Shown here: positions 28,441 through 42,200 of the stretch, piece after piece
Layout of the letters: the number at the start of each line of letters is the position of its first letter
How positions within the stretch are numbered: the stretch's first letter is position 1
DNA from: Catajapyx aquilonaris
Taxonomy: Eukaryota
Assembly (NCBI GenBank): GCA_000934665.2
Contig: JYFJ02000469.1
Coordinates: 62,001-126,000, forward strand
DNA: 64,000 nt
Direction of reading: 5' to 3'
Program-made: the position numbers and the translations under genes
Notes under the pieces: model-generated
Told to the model about the DNA's origin: nothing
Seen by the model: the letters and a program-made list of their open reading frames with translations, nothing else
The model's database searches: none

Positions 28441-31400
28441 ACTGATTATAGGGGGAGTGTCCAGGAGCTGGTCGAGGTGCATTATGCAAATCAATGATGC
28501 GGTTCTTGAATCACGAATGGAAATACAACCGGTAAGTAGGCAGTACTATATGAGGGCAGGTATGATATCCAGCATGCAGTTGCCTTCCTTCTCACACATC
28601 TTATCAATGAGAAAGAGGGCATCCAGTTGCTCTAACTTTTCGGTCGCTAGCTGGAGGCCCTCAGGATCCTTAATAAGCCGATTCCTTTCACACCCCGGGT
28701 CACGACGAATTCCCTTCCACCACAATTAGAGGAAGCGCTCCCAGGACGGACAAATTACATAGTTTACGTGGCAATTCACACCGTAGCCTGCTTCCGGCCG
28801 CGTTCCGGACATCCACCGATCCGGAGGCCCCGGAGGCACAAAGGGAAAAGCCGGAATAATAATCCGAGGCAGCAGTCGAACCGCACTAATCGAATGCAAA
28901 TTATTCCTTTCCTCGCTCCTTATTCCTTTCTCTCGGAACAGCCGGAAAATCCCGGGAGGCGAATTGTCCTACTATTGTGCGGCGAAGACCTCTTCTCTTC
29001 CACACCCCCACAACCTTTGCCATTCCAATGAGAATTCAAAACGTCCCTGTCCTATCCGAAAGGATTAGCTTAAATTCACTTGGCGGAGGCAAAATTGCTT
29101 CCCTGCGCGAGAATTCCAAGTACAAGCCAAATGAGATTGTTGCGGTGCAACGTCTCGCGAGAAGGTGTCACCTTCTCATGTGGCAACAAAAACCGCGATA
29201 AATTACTGTAGTAAGCAGTAATTAAGCCTGCCTTTTCTATACATATATGCGTTCCGGTAGATGTCTCCAAACCTCTGCCAATCTCAGGTGATGTGTCCCA
29301 CAGGAACATCGATATCTCGCGATAAAAATTTAAAAGGGTCTTCCACGCCTGCATAGGCCTAATTCGAGCCAAATTTATTCGTCCCACCGCATCGCTAAAC
29401 CCATTCATAGGCGTGACAATATGAAAATAAAGGCTCAGCATTTGATGGATTTCCCCTGCAAGCCATTTCCAAATGCCCTGACCATTTCGCGCATCCTTGT
29501 CCAAATTCTGCCAGTGCAAACACGCGGGACATAATTCATACAAGTCCTTGGCAAAAGGCGGCTTAATTAAAACCCGAAGCGCAACCGTCAATTGCAATTA
29601 GGCGCCATTAACATTTCATCCCCTGCAAGGCCAAAAAGGATAGGCTTCGGAGATAAAAAAAAAAGGGGCGGTTAGGTTTCCAACACATTAAAAGAATTTG
29701 GTGGAATTGCCTGGAGTTTAAGGTCCTTTCCACTCCGCGAGAGGAAGTGAATGCAAGAGAAGCTTCGATCCCCAGGACTTCCACTCGGAAATCCCTTTGC
29801 TTCCTTCCCAATTTAACGCCATAATTTCAACATGAATGAGTGCCAGTCGAGTGTTCCGCCTTAAGAAAGGAGCGATACACCATAATGGTAGCTCCTAGTT
29901 TTTTTTTTCCAGCAAGGCTAGACAGCCGTAAAGGAACCGTTTCAATCCGCCGGATTAAACCCGAGTCACACAATACAAAACTGTCAACCGGATAGGGTGT
30001 CCGCAGTGGCCGCGTAATGGACATTGCTTTTTCGTCTGTTGTGTGCCCCCTGGAGGTACGTTCTCGATATCTTAAGTGCATTTCTGAATTTGGAAAATAT
30101 TGGGCAGCTTAAATCCGTAGCAGATATTGGCTTAAAATTGGCGAACCTATCCAATGGTACTGCAGGCAAATCAGGCGTACCAACTTTCAGGCTCAAATTG
30201 AAACCGGGGCTGCTGCAAAGTGCAACAAGCTGGTGCCTGCGGGTATGTGCCAAGTACTCGGTGCAGAGTTGCACATCCACATTGCCTTGGGGAGGTCGGC
30301 ACACTCAATATACCGTAGTGGAAATCCAATCATGCCGACTTTGAATCTTGATGGGAAGTGGGCGTTGTAGCCCTCCAGGTGATGCTGGGCAGTTCCCAAA
30401 CCCGGAAATGAGACCCGTGCCGGACGCGCATCCAGTCGCCAGACTGGCTATTTCGACCTCACAGAAATAAACCCATCCCAATTGGCAATTTGTTCGCCTC
30501 CCGCCTCACCACTAGATGGTCATCAGTGGCTAACAATTGACGGCCATGTTGCCAACAATACTGGTTCCAAAAAAAAAGAGTGCGAATCCAATTATTGGCA
30601 CCACTGCAACTCCTTTCTCAACTACTCCTCCACCTTACTCAACAAACATGAGTCCGTGCGACTTGACCTCTTCTATAAAATGAAATAACCCATTCCAGAC
30701 GTCCGTTTTCAGGCCAGGCAAGATATTCCTGCAAGGCACAGGCAGTCCCTCGAGTGCATTTCAAGATACGGCCCTGCTGACGGCGTAAGACGTCTTCCAG
30801 ACGTTTGGCAATGTGTCAAAAAATGGATGAAGAACGTGCCGAGGGCATGTTAAAATTCGTGCAAATTCAGCATATAGCAGCGCAGTGGTGTCAATATGCT
30901 GTAATAGCTTTTAAAAGAATTGAAAATAAGATTGGCTTTGCATGCAACACCTGGACGTCTCAATCCATTACCCTGTGACATTCCCCACTAATCCTACAAT
31001 CCGAACTGCATGCCATTTCAAATAAATAACCCTACTTCCCCACAGTGCCACGGCCATTTGGCCAAGGCTTTCCCGTAACAATAAAGGTCACAAAGTCCCT
31101 CGTAATGAGGCGGCCAGATTTCCAGAGGCTTACCCCCCGGTTTCAAGTCAAGGAAATCCTATCACTGCTTCTCCCCCATTTATAATTCAGGAACCGGACA
31201 GGTGCTGCTGGAAAGATCTAAAGCAGCGGCCAAGCTGCTGTAAAATCGATATGGACTAACAAGGTATCCGCAGACTTATGTCGTAATAACACTTTGGAAA
31301 ATCCGGGTTTGCCTTATAATACATGCAGCTAATGACAAAACGTTTAAGTGACAGCAATTTTCAAAATCGGTGCATTTCTCTCCAGATATTGATCCCAGGA

Positions 31401-32427
31401 CACGACAGATTTCCGCAACCATTTTGCTGGAGACTAAAATCTTCTGACCCACCCCTCGAATTCTCCTTCTTTCCTTTTCCGGTAAGCCGCTCAGAAATTG
31501 GGTGCAAGCAAACGCGAATGCAGCTAAATTGGGAATAACCCCGGCCCCTGCAGAAACGTATGCAAATTGGATTTTTCGATATCGTACCCTGGTATCTTGT
31601 TACGCAACACGAGTGGGGCTGGAGTAATCACAGTGCAGGACACAGAAATCCACATCCACGTGTATGCTCCAATTTCATTAAAGCCGACTGCATGTCATTA
31701 CCTTAACCGTATCAGCATCTACACTGGTCCGCTGTATATCACACTGTATGACCTTACAAAAAAAAAAAGGGAAGGCAGTACACATCTAGAATATCCAATG
31801 AACGTGACCTAAATGGAAGATGCTATAACTTGTTAGCCAGCGGCTCTCTGAACCTTTTCCGATACTTGCTGAATTTTCCGCATAAAAACTTGCTGAAGAT
31901 CCACTGGAAAATATGGCTGTACTACACACACCCATTCTCCAAAAAAAATGCTCAAAAAATACACCGGAAATCCTCACCTATTCGCATATCGAGCGACCTT
32001 TCATGCTCCATTACAGCACACCTAGAATACGGCCTTTCCACCTCAGTTCACAACCACGTCCTGAAGATAACAGAGTGGCAAAATATGTCTCCATACATAT
32101 TTTATAACCACACTCGCAACAGCAGTCATTTTTGCACCGGATCAAGCTCCAGGGGAGAGAGACCTACACCATTCTCTATTCCTCTCACAGTAATAGAGCT
32201 CAGAAAAAAAGGAGAGAGAGAAATAAGGAAGGGTTCCAAGAACCTTAGATGAGATTAGGAGAAGGCGAGAGAAGAAAACTTAGCAGATCTATATTTCTCC
32301 AGCGTAACTGAAGGGGCGGGCAAAATAATTAGCAGAACCAAAGGGGGGGGGGGGGGGGGGGGGGGGGGGATAGAAATCTCACCCCCATTCCCCAGCAGCC
32401 AGCACTGCTTGAATGCAAACAATGGAA

Positions 32428-32525
32428 AATTTTCGTCCCACTGCCTTAGTTAATGCTAACTTAGCAGTACCAGTGCCAAGTATGGTACTGATAAGTTAGT
32501 AGTATCTAGCAGTGGGACGAAAATT
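32428..32525. mobile_element. ~100 bp palindromic MITE-like element (most intact copy of the family)
   Basis: aattttcgtcccactgc...gcagtgggacgaaaatt perfect 17 bp inverted ends, and the internal arms also pair (ttagcagtacca / tggtactgataa). Confidence 0.75.
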
Positions 32526-32993
32526 CGACCCAAACTTACNGACCCAATTTTCATAATCCCATGCCGGATTCGTTATTAAGAGGAACATAATTCGGCGATT
32601 CGCTCATTCGTTTGGCAAATTACACTGGATGCACATCCATTACAATTACAAATTCAATTCCGGAACCTTCTACCTTCCGGCGAGCCAGCAGGGTGTAATA
32701 AAATTAAAGCGGCGTCCTTCTATTAATTGCTATATTAGGAAAACCACATCATCTGATGTTTTGGCTTTTTGGGTACTGGAGAGTGAAGCTCGTTCTCTCT
32801 CAGGCCCTTGACACACGCTATAAGAAACGGTACAAAACTGAAGGGTTGTTGCATTGAGAAAGTGTCCTCACAATGACTATAGTACGGAATGTAACACATG
32901 CCTCTTCATTATTTATAGGAAACTTCGCATAATCACACCGCCATTTTCATAAGTGAAAATGTGACAAAATGTCCTCTTGATGCTGAACAAAGG

Positions 32994-32995
<2 letters not shown>

Positions 32996-33025
<30 letters not shown>
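32996..33025. repeat. (GA)n microsatellite
   Basis: Uninterrupted AG run. Confidence 0.95.
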
Positions 33026-33026
<1 letters not shown>

Positions 33027-36000
33027 AGAGTGTCATTTCACTATAGTTATGTTAAGTGGAGCTGGCATTCCACATGGTGCTTATATGTCACACAGGAACG
33101 CGAGTTTGCTTTTGGCTTTGATCCTGCCACCAGTGCTGGCTCTAAAATTAATAAAACGTAACAACAGTCACTCCTAACTAAACAACTGCCAGCTCAGCAT
33201 AGCTGACTATCTCAACCAGCAAGCTTTTCCTAGTAGAGTATTATACAAGTACAATGCATGTCTGTAAAGTGTTTCAAGTTGTCCTTCCTTTGCTAAAACT
33301 GTTTACTGCCACTTCCCCATATTACTTTTTTAAAAATCATACTCCATGCAGTGATGACTGCACCAATAATAACATCGACCCTCCTCAGGGTCTTCAAAGA
33401 ACAAAGACATATTTGCTTGCTAAACGTAGCACAAACAAGACGCTTGTCTCATGAAAAAGCTGATTCAAAATCAATACCGTAATTAGCATTTAATTATCGT
33501 CTGACAGGTAGTACCTTCCCCTAAAAATTCCACCGCAGGTGTCACGTCACTCTCTTCTCTATTAAGAGACGAAGCGAGCGTTCTCAAGGACGTGACGTCA
33601 CGCTCAAGAATGGGTATTTCCTCTCATACCTCCCACAAAATTGCAGACAATATTTAGTACCAGTAGAATCATGCATCTCGTTATAAATAAATACATTGCA
33701 TAATTGCATTGGACCTGTACAACCATCAGCAATCGAGTGGGGTTTTTTTTTTTTTTCATTCCAATTTCATTGGTAGCGTCAATACACGTTTGTCTGAAGC
33801 TTTCTTGACTTTCCTCGCGTAACGACGTGACGGTAAAGTTTTGGCACTGCTGCTCCTACACAGTAGTGGAAAACAGTCGAATTTAATCATTACACGCTCT
33901 TGCACGAGTCGTTTGCTCTCACTCTGATAATCTGGCAAAACGTTTTGTCTTGTTCGTTCCCTCCTCCAGACAGCATTGTAATACAGACGAGAGATTTTCC
34001 TCTGTAAAAGCACGACGCAAAATCTGGCTGCAGCATCTCCCTTAATCTGAGGACAAGACGGAAACTTTATATTCGATAGCAAGGCCCATGGATGGATGGA
34101 TTGATAGAAGGCCAAACTCTCCCCCCAACTTCTTCATTAGGAGCTACAGACAACAGGCGTAACGGGGCTACGGCGTTTCTAGCAAATTGAAGAGAGATTC
34201 ACTCTGCAAAGTTTCCGGTAGAAATGCACGTCAAGTCCATTTCTCTGTCGCAATGGGATTAAATCGAAAGCGAAGTTTCTAAAGAGAAGAGTCTTGCTCA
34301 TTGTCTGCACGCCTTTATTGAGCACCAGACATCTCTCCACAGGTACACGCTAAATTGGACCACGTGAGTGAAGAATGGGGATGCCTCACACCTGAATTAG
34401 TGGCATTAGTTACAGGTGAATTGACTTACGGAGACAATACGGTTGACAGGCCCCACTCCAACCAGTACTTATGCTGAATGGTACGATTTTATTGGGGAAC
34501 TTCAAGAACAATGCATCTTGTCCGGCTGTCCCAATTCAGCACCACACTTCACGTCATTTGTCCTCGACGGAGCAAATTATGCCAAAAACTTCGGCGGTTT
34601 CTCATTTGTGCCGCATTGACTAATAACGTCCTAAATGCATCCACTGTAGCGTACGCATCAAATTACTGTCTCATTCACATCACTTATTCCTTCCCTATTT
34701 CGTAATGACTATGGCGGTAATAGTATTCCGCCATTTCATGACGACAACAACACTAATAGAGATTAGCTTTACGCCCGTCCAAACACATCAGCATGAGCAT
34801 GCAACAATCATACAACAATCCACTTCCGCGAGGTGGCGCTATTATTCTTTTATGCATCACAACTAATTAATTATACGCCAATCAATACAATAACATCACA
34901 CATTGTGCAGCCAATCCAATAACAATTAATTAAATATTCACCACAACAGTAGCGTATAATTGTTCACCCCATGAACTTTGTTAAAGGTTGAACACCAGAC
35001 TTGCGGTATAAACTAGGTCAGAAATTTAGCCCTTCCTGCTTTAATCATAGAATGGTACTGACGCATTGTTAATTCTCTGCTTGAAGCAATAGTATGTATG
35101 ATACAACCTGGTGCACCGTCCGTGGTTAATTATACCCCAGCAACAATCATGACACCATTCACACGCCATTATTACATTAACCCCTGCTTGAACAGTATGT
35201 TGAACTGTATACTTAAGAAGTGCACCACCCTGTATTACGAGACTGGAATATCTCAGCCCCATCCCATTTGTTGTATTCCCCTCTAGTTTCCCGGAACGTG
35301 AGGAACACAAATGTGGGTTGAAAGCGATATTCAAGTGCGACAGGTCTCGCTGTCAATTGCATCGTCGCGGACTCGTACCTGCCTCGAATTTCTCCCCAGA
35401 CTCAGTGTCTTGAAACAAACTTTGTGGGATTAGTTGTTAGCGGCTACAATGCATTCCATCATAACGCCCGCTGCTAATAAGATTCCATTGTGTGTGCAGG
35501 CGTGATTCCTGAGGCTTCTCATGCAAATACGACCGTCCCTGGAAATTCCCCAGACATGCAGCTATAATTATGCGTGCCATCGCAGCTCCTCTGTCTACGT
35601 GATTCGCTCTGCAATTGGTCTCCCGGCAGCTCAAAGTAACAAAGTGAGGTGCTATCCGTCCGCCTTTTAACCCTCTCCCGGCAGGGATATGACCTGCATT
35701 AAGGCTCCCAGCAGGGCCCCCAATACCACTCGTGCACGGCAGAGAAAACTCATTCTGAAGAATGGTGTCTAAATTGGAATCAGCAAGAATAGACATCAAC
35801 ACAATTTCATTAATTCATTTTATTTATTCATTTACTTATGGGTAGCCATCCCCAACCAATTTACTCTTAAAATATTTACACACGACGTCATTATAAAAAA
35901 TGTAGAAAACAAAGAAATCATCATATTCATATTTATGTAAAATTTCTTCAGTGAGATATTGACAAAAAAATCGCAAAAATGGCCCCCTGAGACCCGAGAA

Positions 36001-39000
36001 GCCGTTGGTGAAAATTATTAGTAGTAATACTTAGAAAGAACGCTCTGTAGGGGATATATAGAAGCTATTTTTAATTTTGTAATTTTATTTTGCAATCACT
36101 ATTTTGCAAAATTAGATATCCAATGGACATCAGATCTTATCTCTACATTTTTCAATACAGGTTTTTTTATTTTAATGTGCAAGGAGAAGAAAATATACGG
36201 TATATAGGATCATGGAAGTTTTTATTGCATATGGTGAGCATTTTAAAATGTTCGAAAAATTCCTTCCTGCATTAAGACACAGATAAATACATTTTCTGCC
36301 CTTCATTTTTGGCGTTTTTTTTCTTATTTTTTGCTTGAGCCGACATTTTGTCACGGAAAGCTGCTAAGTTTGCTCGCCAGAGTGACTGGTGTTTTTTTTT
36401 TCCCCGCTCTAGCGCCATATATCTTGAGTACCACTCAAACTTAGCGGTATTCCTATCTGCTCCATAGCAAGGGAGTAAATAATTAAATCTGGATGTCCAA
36501 TACATTGGACATCGGGTCTCAGGAGGAACGAACCAAGTGAAATGGTCACAAATATTGGGGATGAGCAACAATAATTTGGTTTTATCCTAGGGCCGGTGCA
36601 TGCAAATTAGGTCAAATCTCCCGACTGATCTGACACTAATCTGGAATAATTTGCGATTTACTCTTTAATTTGAGCTGACACTGACTCGCAGATTGATTCC
36701 TTGCCACATCACTATTTTTCATGTGTCACCTTCCATGGTCCAACACATGGACATGCATGGAACAGGCACTAAAAAAAACCGTCATTTCCCCCGCACAAAC
36801 CCGACCCCCCCTTAATTTTGCTTGTTTCGCATACTCGTAACTTCACGATAAAGCCGTCAACTTTTCCCCTACAGGTTCCCTCCATCCCCAACTAAATTAA
36901 TGGGAGCACACAAAAAAAAATTCATGCCCGTCCACTGAAGTTCAAAATTTATGCACAAAACTATTGCAGCTTCCTGAAAAAAAAAGAGAGAGAGATCCGG
37001 ACGTTTAATTATCACACACGCTGCTCCGAATGCCGCAAAACATAATTGCCTGCCAAATGTTGCATGAAGACGCGTGCATAGCGTATAGCACCCATGCAGA
37101 TAAATTATTCATTTCATTACATCCCATTCCAAGAATTGTCCGCCCGGCATAATAAGGAGATTCTTCTCCCATCGCTCCCGGTAGAATTCATTTCCAGACA
37201 GAAAACTAACTCCCCCCCAAAAAAAACTCGGAATTAATTCGCAGTTGCGTCCACCGCTGTTCAGCTACGCCATTTTTTCAGCTATATCCGCACAAATATT
37301 TAACGATCAGAATCCCCCTAGGACATGCGGCAATACACTACGAGCAAGTTTTAATTAAATTTGGCCCTCCAAAAAAGGTGCTGATCAGAGGCGACAGAAA
37401 CTCGCAGGGCAAATACCATCAGACGGCCATACCTCTCAGGCCTTAGAAAAGCATGCCCGCAAATCAAATCAAAACTAAAAACAATCTATTAAGGAAGGGG
37501 TGCCCCTATAATAGAGGTAGGCTAGTAATATGTAGCTCTGCAGTTATCTTAATTTTTCAATATTTTTCTTTTTATGAGCAAGTGAAGAACAATACAATAT
37601 AGAAATGATGTGAATATCTGGGATAGAAGATCTCATATATGGCACACTTCACATGACATTACGCCACGTTGTCCCAGTGTGCTCAGCTTCTCTTCGTGCT
37701 GATCTAGGAAAAGCTCGCCAAATTTGCCGACTTCCCCAAGACAATGGGTACAAAACTTTGACCTTATCTGGGTCATCCGGCTCCGGGGGTATACAATAAC
37801 ATCCATTACCTCCTGCTTCCGACACGTCTCCTTTTATCTTTAGCGGTCCCGGCTTTTCTGCGATGAAGTACTATATGGGTTACAAGGCCTGGTGCCAAAG
37901 CTTGAGAAGCCAAAGGAAGCTGTCTGGCCCAGCAAAACCGCCCTTTCGGTCGGAGGGAAAGGCAGCAAGGCAGGATTTATGATTAAGTTGAGCTCCCCGG
38001 TTAATAATGGGGGAGGCCCCTACTTATTGTAATGTTAATTCGGCGTGAAGCACACCCCCGGAAAACGTCACTCCCACCGCGTGGAGAAGGATTAATTTGA
38101 TACTGGAATATTGTAAGACGTTTTCTCCAGGCCTCAGCCGACTTCCTTTTCTTCAGACTCCAAGTCTAATATTTCCTGCCGAATTCGTTCTGCAGGGTTA
38201 GGATTTCTCCTTTTATGTCCCATTCTACAAAGGGCTGGATCGACCCTATTTTTTTTTCACCACCAACTCTCTTCGAGGCAGGTGAACAGATCGCCGGCCA
38301 AAATGGACCTGCTGATGAAATTCCCTCCATCCCATTTGACTGGTAGGAGACCATAAAATATTGCATTTCTAAGGAATTTTCGGGTGATGCAAAAGTCAGC
38401 GTAAAGACAGGGTGGTCCAACATGCTACGTAGCTAGTTTCCAATAAGCTGAACATATTAGTACAGTAGGTGCAAGTAACTGCTACTCTCTGATAATTATG
38501 AAACGTAAGCACAAGCAGAATTTCTGTAGTGTTCGTTCCTTGTTGGACCACCAAGACTACAAATTTCCTGATGACTACACTAGGATAAAACTTTTGCTAT
38601 AGTTAAGCCCAACTCAGCCCCAGTCTGATTAGTTTGTGATCTACTGCATAATAATTAATGTGCAGGTAGCTTTCAGGCATTCCCGCTGTGACGTTTCCTC
38701 ATTAAAAAAAGAGAGTGGGATCAGGAGGATATAAACAGCCTTAGCCTCGTCTGATTACAAGGTATAAAAAATGGTGCTTGCCATGAACCGGATAATGAAA
38801 ATCCTGGAATGCACAAACAATGTTGCTTAGAACAAAAATTAGTCAACGATCAATTCTTGAGAGTGGCCTTGGCACCTTTCCGGAGGTGCTTTCAATCGGG
38901 CAACAAACAACCATTTCCAGCAATCCCCGTTCAATCACCTTAATGTAGCCGCAACGGAATCCCCCATCAATTCCGTTGGCTTGGACAAATAATTCGTAGC

Positions 39001-39259
39001 CTCTCGATTAGTTGTTCGCCGCCTGATGAGCACCAGAAGGACCAGAAGAAAATACAACTCAAAAGGAAGCACTCTCCTTAATAGCCACTCTGGGAATCTC
39101 CCAGTGACAGTATAACGTGGGGGAGAGGGAGCCAGAAAGGCAGTTCCTAATTGCTGCCTCTTTAGACTAACGACTGTAACGGATTGTAAGGTTGTTGTTG
39201 GGACCCAGTTCTCAATAACATGCATTCGGAATTAGGTAAATCTGGCTAGGGTTTCCTAC

Positions 39260-42200
39260 CTTAAGTGCAGTGCAGTGCTCCACCTGCAGGACTTGCAATA
39301 GTTGCTGGAGGATGTGACGACTTGATGAAGATTCACTGGCACATATGCTTTGACTCAATCGCTGCCTCTCTTTTGACAAGTCAGCCTCTAAGGCTTCAGT
39401 CACCTCCTTCAAATCCTGTGAGTGGGATTCAGCTAAATCCTGTTCAAATAAAAATAGAATTCAAATGTAGTTAATTGCACTTATGTATAAAAATTTTGCC
39501 TTCAAAAGTTGTGTCCTGAAGAGACCTAAAACAAGATTGGCAAATCACGTGAGCGTGATTATAGTAGACTTTTTCTCATTCTGTCAAGTATGAAACGGCC
39601 AAGGACTTGCCTTGCAAACCGGTCCAACTTCAGGAATTAATATGACACACCCCCTGTTCCAGAGCACCAGGTAAAACCCAGGGTAAATCCCGACACACTT
39701 GGTCAAGAACCCAGGCCAATGAATTTCGAAATCCAACGATAACCCGCCTGCAGACTGTACCCAGAAAACCAGAACTGGCGGGGGTCACCAGAAGTTGGCC
39801 ATGACACATGTTTTGGTCACTCTTAATCAGAATCCGAAAACCGTTTGCTGCTATCTCTTGCGGTTTAGGCCTTGATACCTATCCACAGACGGACGGACGG
39901 ACAGAGCTGTTCTATAAGACTTTATTTTGAGTGATGAGAAAAAGTCTAAAACAGTACATAAACAATTTGGCTCATTGTGTGCAGTTGTATAACTGTAGCT
40001 ATGCTCATTTCTCTGCAATTGCTGATCCTACTGACTCAGGTAGTCAGACGTGTCTTTGTGTAAGTCAAAATATGTGGTCCTTTGTAACTAAAATAAAAAC
40101 TTATAAGGCTTGTCACCCAATCATGTGATTATTAAATTGTTACTGAATTCACTAGCAGAAATGACAGCATTTTTTGTGCAGGCCAACTTCAAAAATGACC
40201 AATTTATGAGCTGTATGTTTGTTCTCAAGCTGAAACTAGTAAATATTTGACGTAAGTTGGTTTAATTTAGTGCAAGAGCCCATGCAACTTGCATGAGTTA
40301 TCACAGTAAATGCAGCATGTGAAAATCCCCATAATGTCACATGGGAGAAGGTGTTTTGTGAATTCAGAAATGGTACATTGAGAAGAGAGGGGTAATAGAG
40401 GAAGGTGTTAACCACAGTTTGCTGAGATACATAAATATGTTGATTAGTCCATTTCAGCCATACATAAAAAAGAGGCCAGACACTACACAGAAGATGCTAT
40501 ACATCCAATGGGTCTAATCGTATAACATCAGAACGCAGCATCCAGGAGAAAAGGGTAGATGTCACTGTCAATATGCCCTGGAAGGCAGGTCTTGGGACTT
40601 CCTAAAACAGCCTAGAATGTGGGAGGGTTAGATGGGAGGGCCTGGGACTAATCACCTAGCTTGAAAGATTTGGGACCAAAAATTCTCCCAGCCAGCCTGG
40701 ACTCTTTTAGCAACTCCAGAGACCTGCCTTCTGCCATGTACACATCTACACCTTTGGTCTGGGGGGATACATTAGTAATGCACAACACGTATGGCTGAAG
40801 GTATTAGGGGAGACAGTAAGTGCTGCATTCTTTTCCAACTGAATTTAAAGGAAATCTTGCTTAATGCAAATCAGATGTTAGAGTTCCAAACAAAGCCAAC
40901 TTAAATGTCCACGAAAATTAAGTATTGTCATAATCTACGCAATATTCTGCAGCCTAGTTCTCAAACTGGGTGGAATTAATTATCTGCAGGGAAATCATTA
41001 TGCATCTGCTACAGAACGTGTGATTATTTTGTCACTCAACGCAGATATTAAAGCAGTCTTTCTGTCACTACAAGCACATTCAACAGTTTACGTCGACTAT
41101 GGCTGCCAAAGCACAAGTAAACACATATTGTATAACAGCTAGGTATATTATTCAAAGCAAAGCCAGGTTTAAATACAAACCTTCCTGAGTGCAGTTAGTG
41201 CATGCGACTTCTCGCTCTCAATCACGTCTCTCAGCGCTTTCACTTCTTCCACATGCACGAGGCTCAAGTTAGACTTTTGCTGTTCTAAGCAGTTCCTGAA
41301 ATCCTCCTAGAAAAAGGCGCACACACACACAAAATTGGTAGCTGCATCTGGGCAATGCATCCTGTAAAAACCCTTACCTTCAACTTTGCCTCCATCTGAT
41401 CAGTTTCAAACTGCTTCAGTTCCGCCCACTTATCCTTCACAATGAGGAACACTTCCTTTTGCTTGTCACTGAACCCCGACTGTAACTCAGCCTCAAACTT
41501 ATCCTGCAACAAAATACATGGGATTCACGATCCTCTCTCCACTTCCATTTTCAGATGCTCTGAAGTGTGTAAAGAATTCCCCCCTGAATACTCTCAGTCC
41601 CCCTCACCTTTATTTTTGTCATCTCTTCACCCTTATCAGTCAACCCAAACTGGTGAAGAGCTTCTGTTTCCATACGCGATGCCAACTCTTTCATGCTTGC
41701 TTCAATTTCCAACCTCAAGGACTCCAGCTAGAATCGAAACAATAGTTGCAGTATTAAGTTTAGTTAATATGAAGCAAGACATGTTACTTTTTTAATAAAG
41801 AGCCCTGCTTATCAAGCCCTAATTTTCAGGTAGGGTGGCTGTACCAGTTCTGGCCACCTTCCTAGTTAAAACTATTAAATTAGTGAATTACGAAGCCTGA
41901 TGCCAATGCCAAAAAAAAATGTCTGAATGTTAATTTGAAGTCTCTCAGGTGGCCTAATAGTGAGTGGCTGTGAGTCACCCCATCTGAGCACAAAAAAATG
42001 GCATGCAAGCCAGTCCATAAAGTGCTAATTTCTTGCGTAAAATGTTAAGGCGCAGGGTTGTACATTCTTAAAATTTTTAGCCATGTGTGACATGTTGTAT
42101 ATGGAATGTGTATATTTTTAAAATCGTGACATTCTGGGCTTTCAGACATTGTAGATTAGTCATTGTAGATAGATCATGTGGCCACAACCATTACTGAAAT

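Noticed and set aside
35986..36523. 12 bp inverted pair cctgagacccga/tcgggtctcagg around an AT-rich stretch
   Set aside because: Possibly a decayed DNA transposon, but the match is too short and no TSD is identifiable.
22420..38900. ORFs such as 24390-24977, 29076-29597 and 31830-32252
   Set aside because: No family motifs (no RT, transposase or integrase signature) and composition typical of non-coding DNA.
38935..39225. ORF as next exon of the coiled-coil gene
   Set aside because: It would need a ~49 nt intron with a weak acceptor, and the peptide is not coiled-coil-like; cannot be supported.
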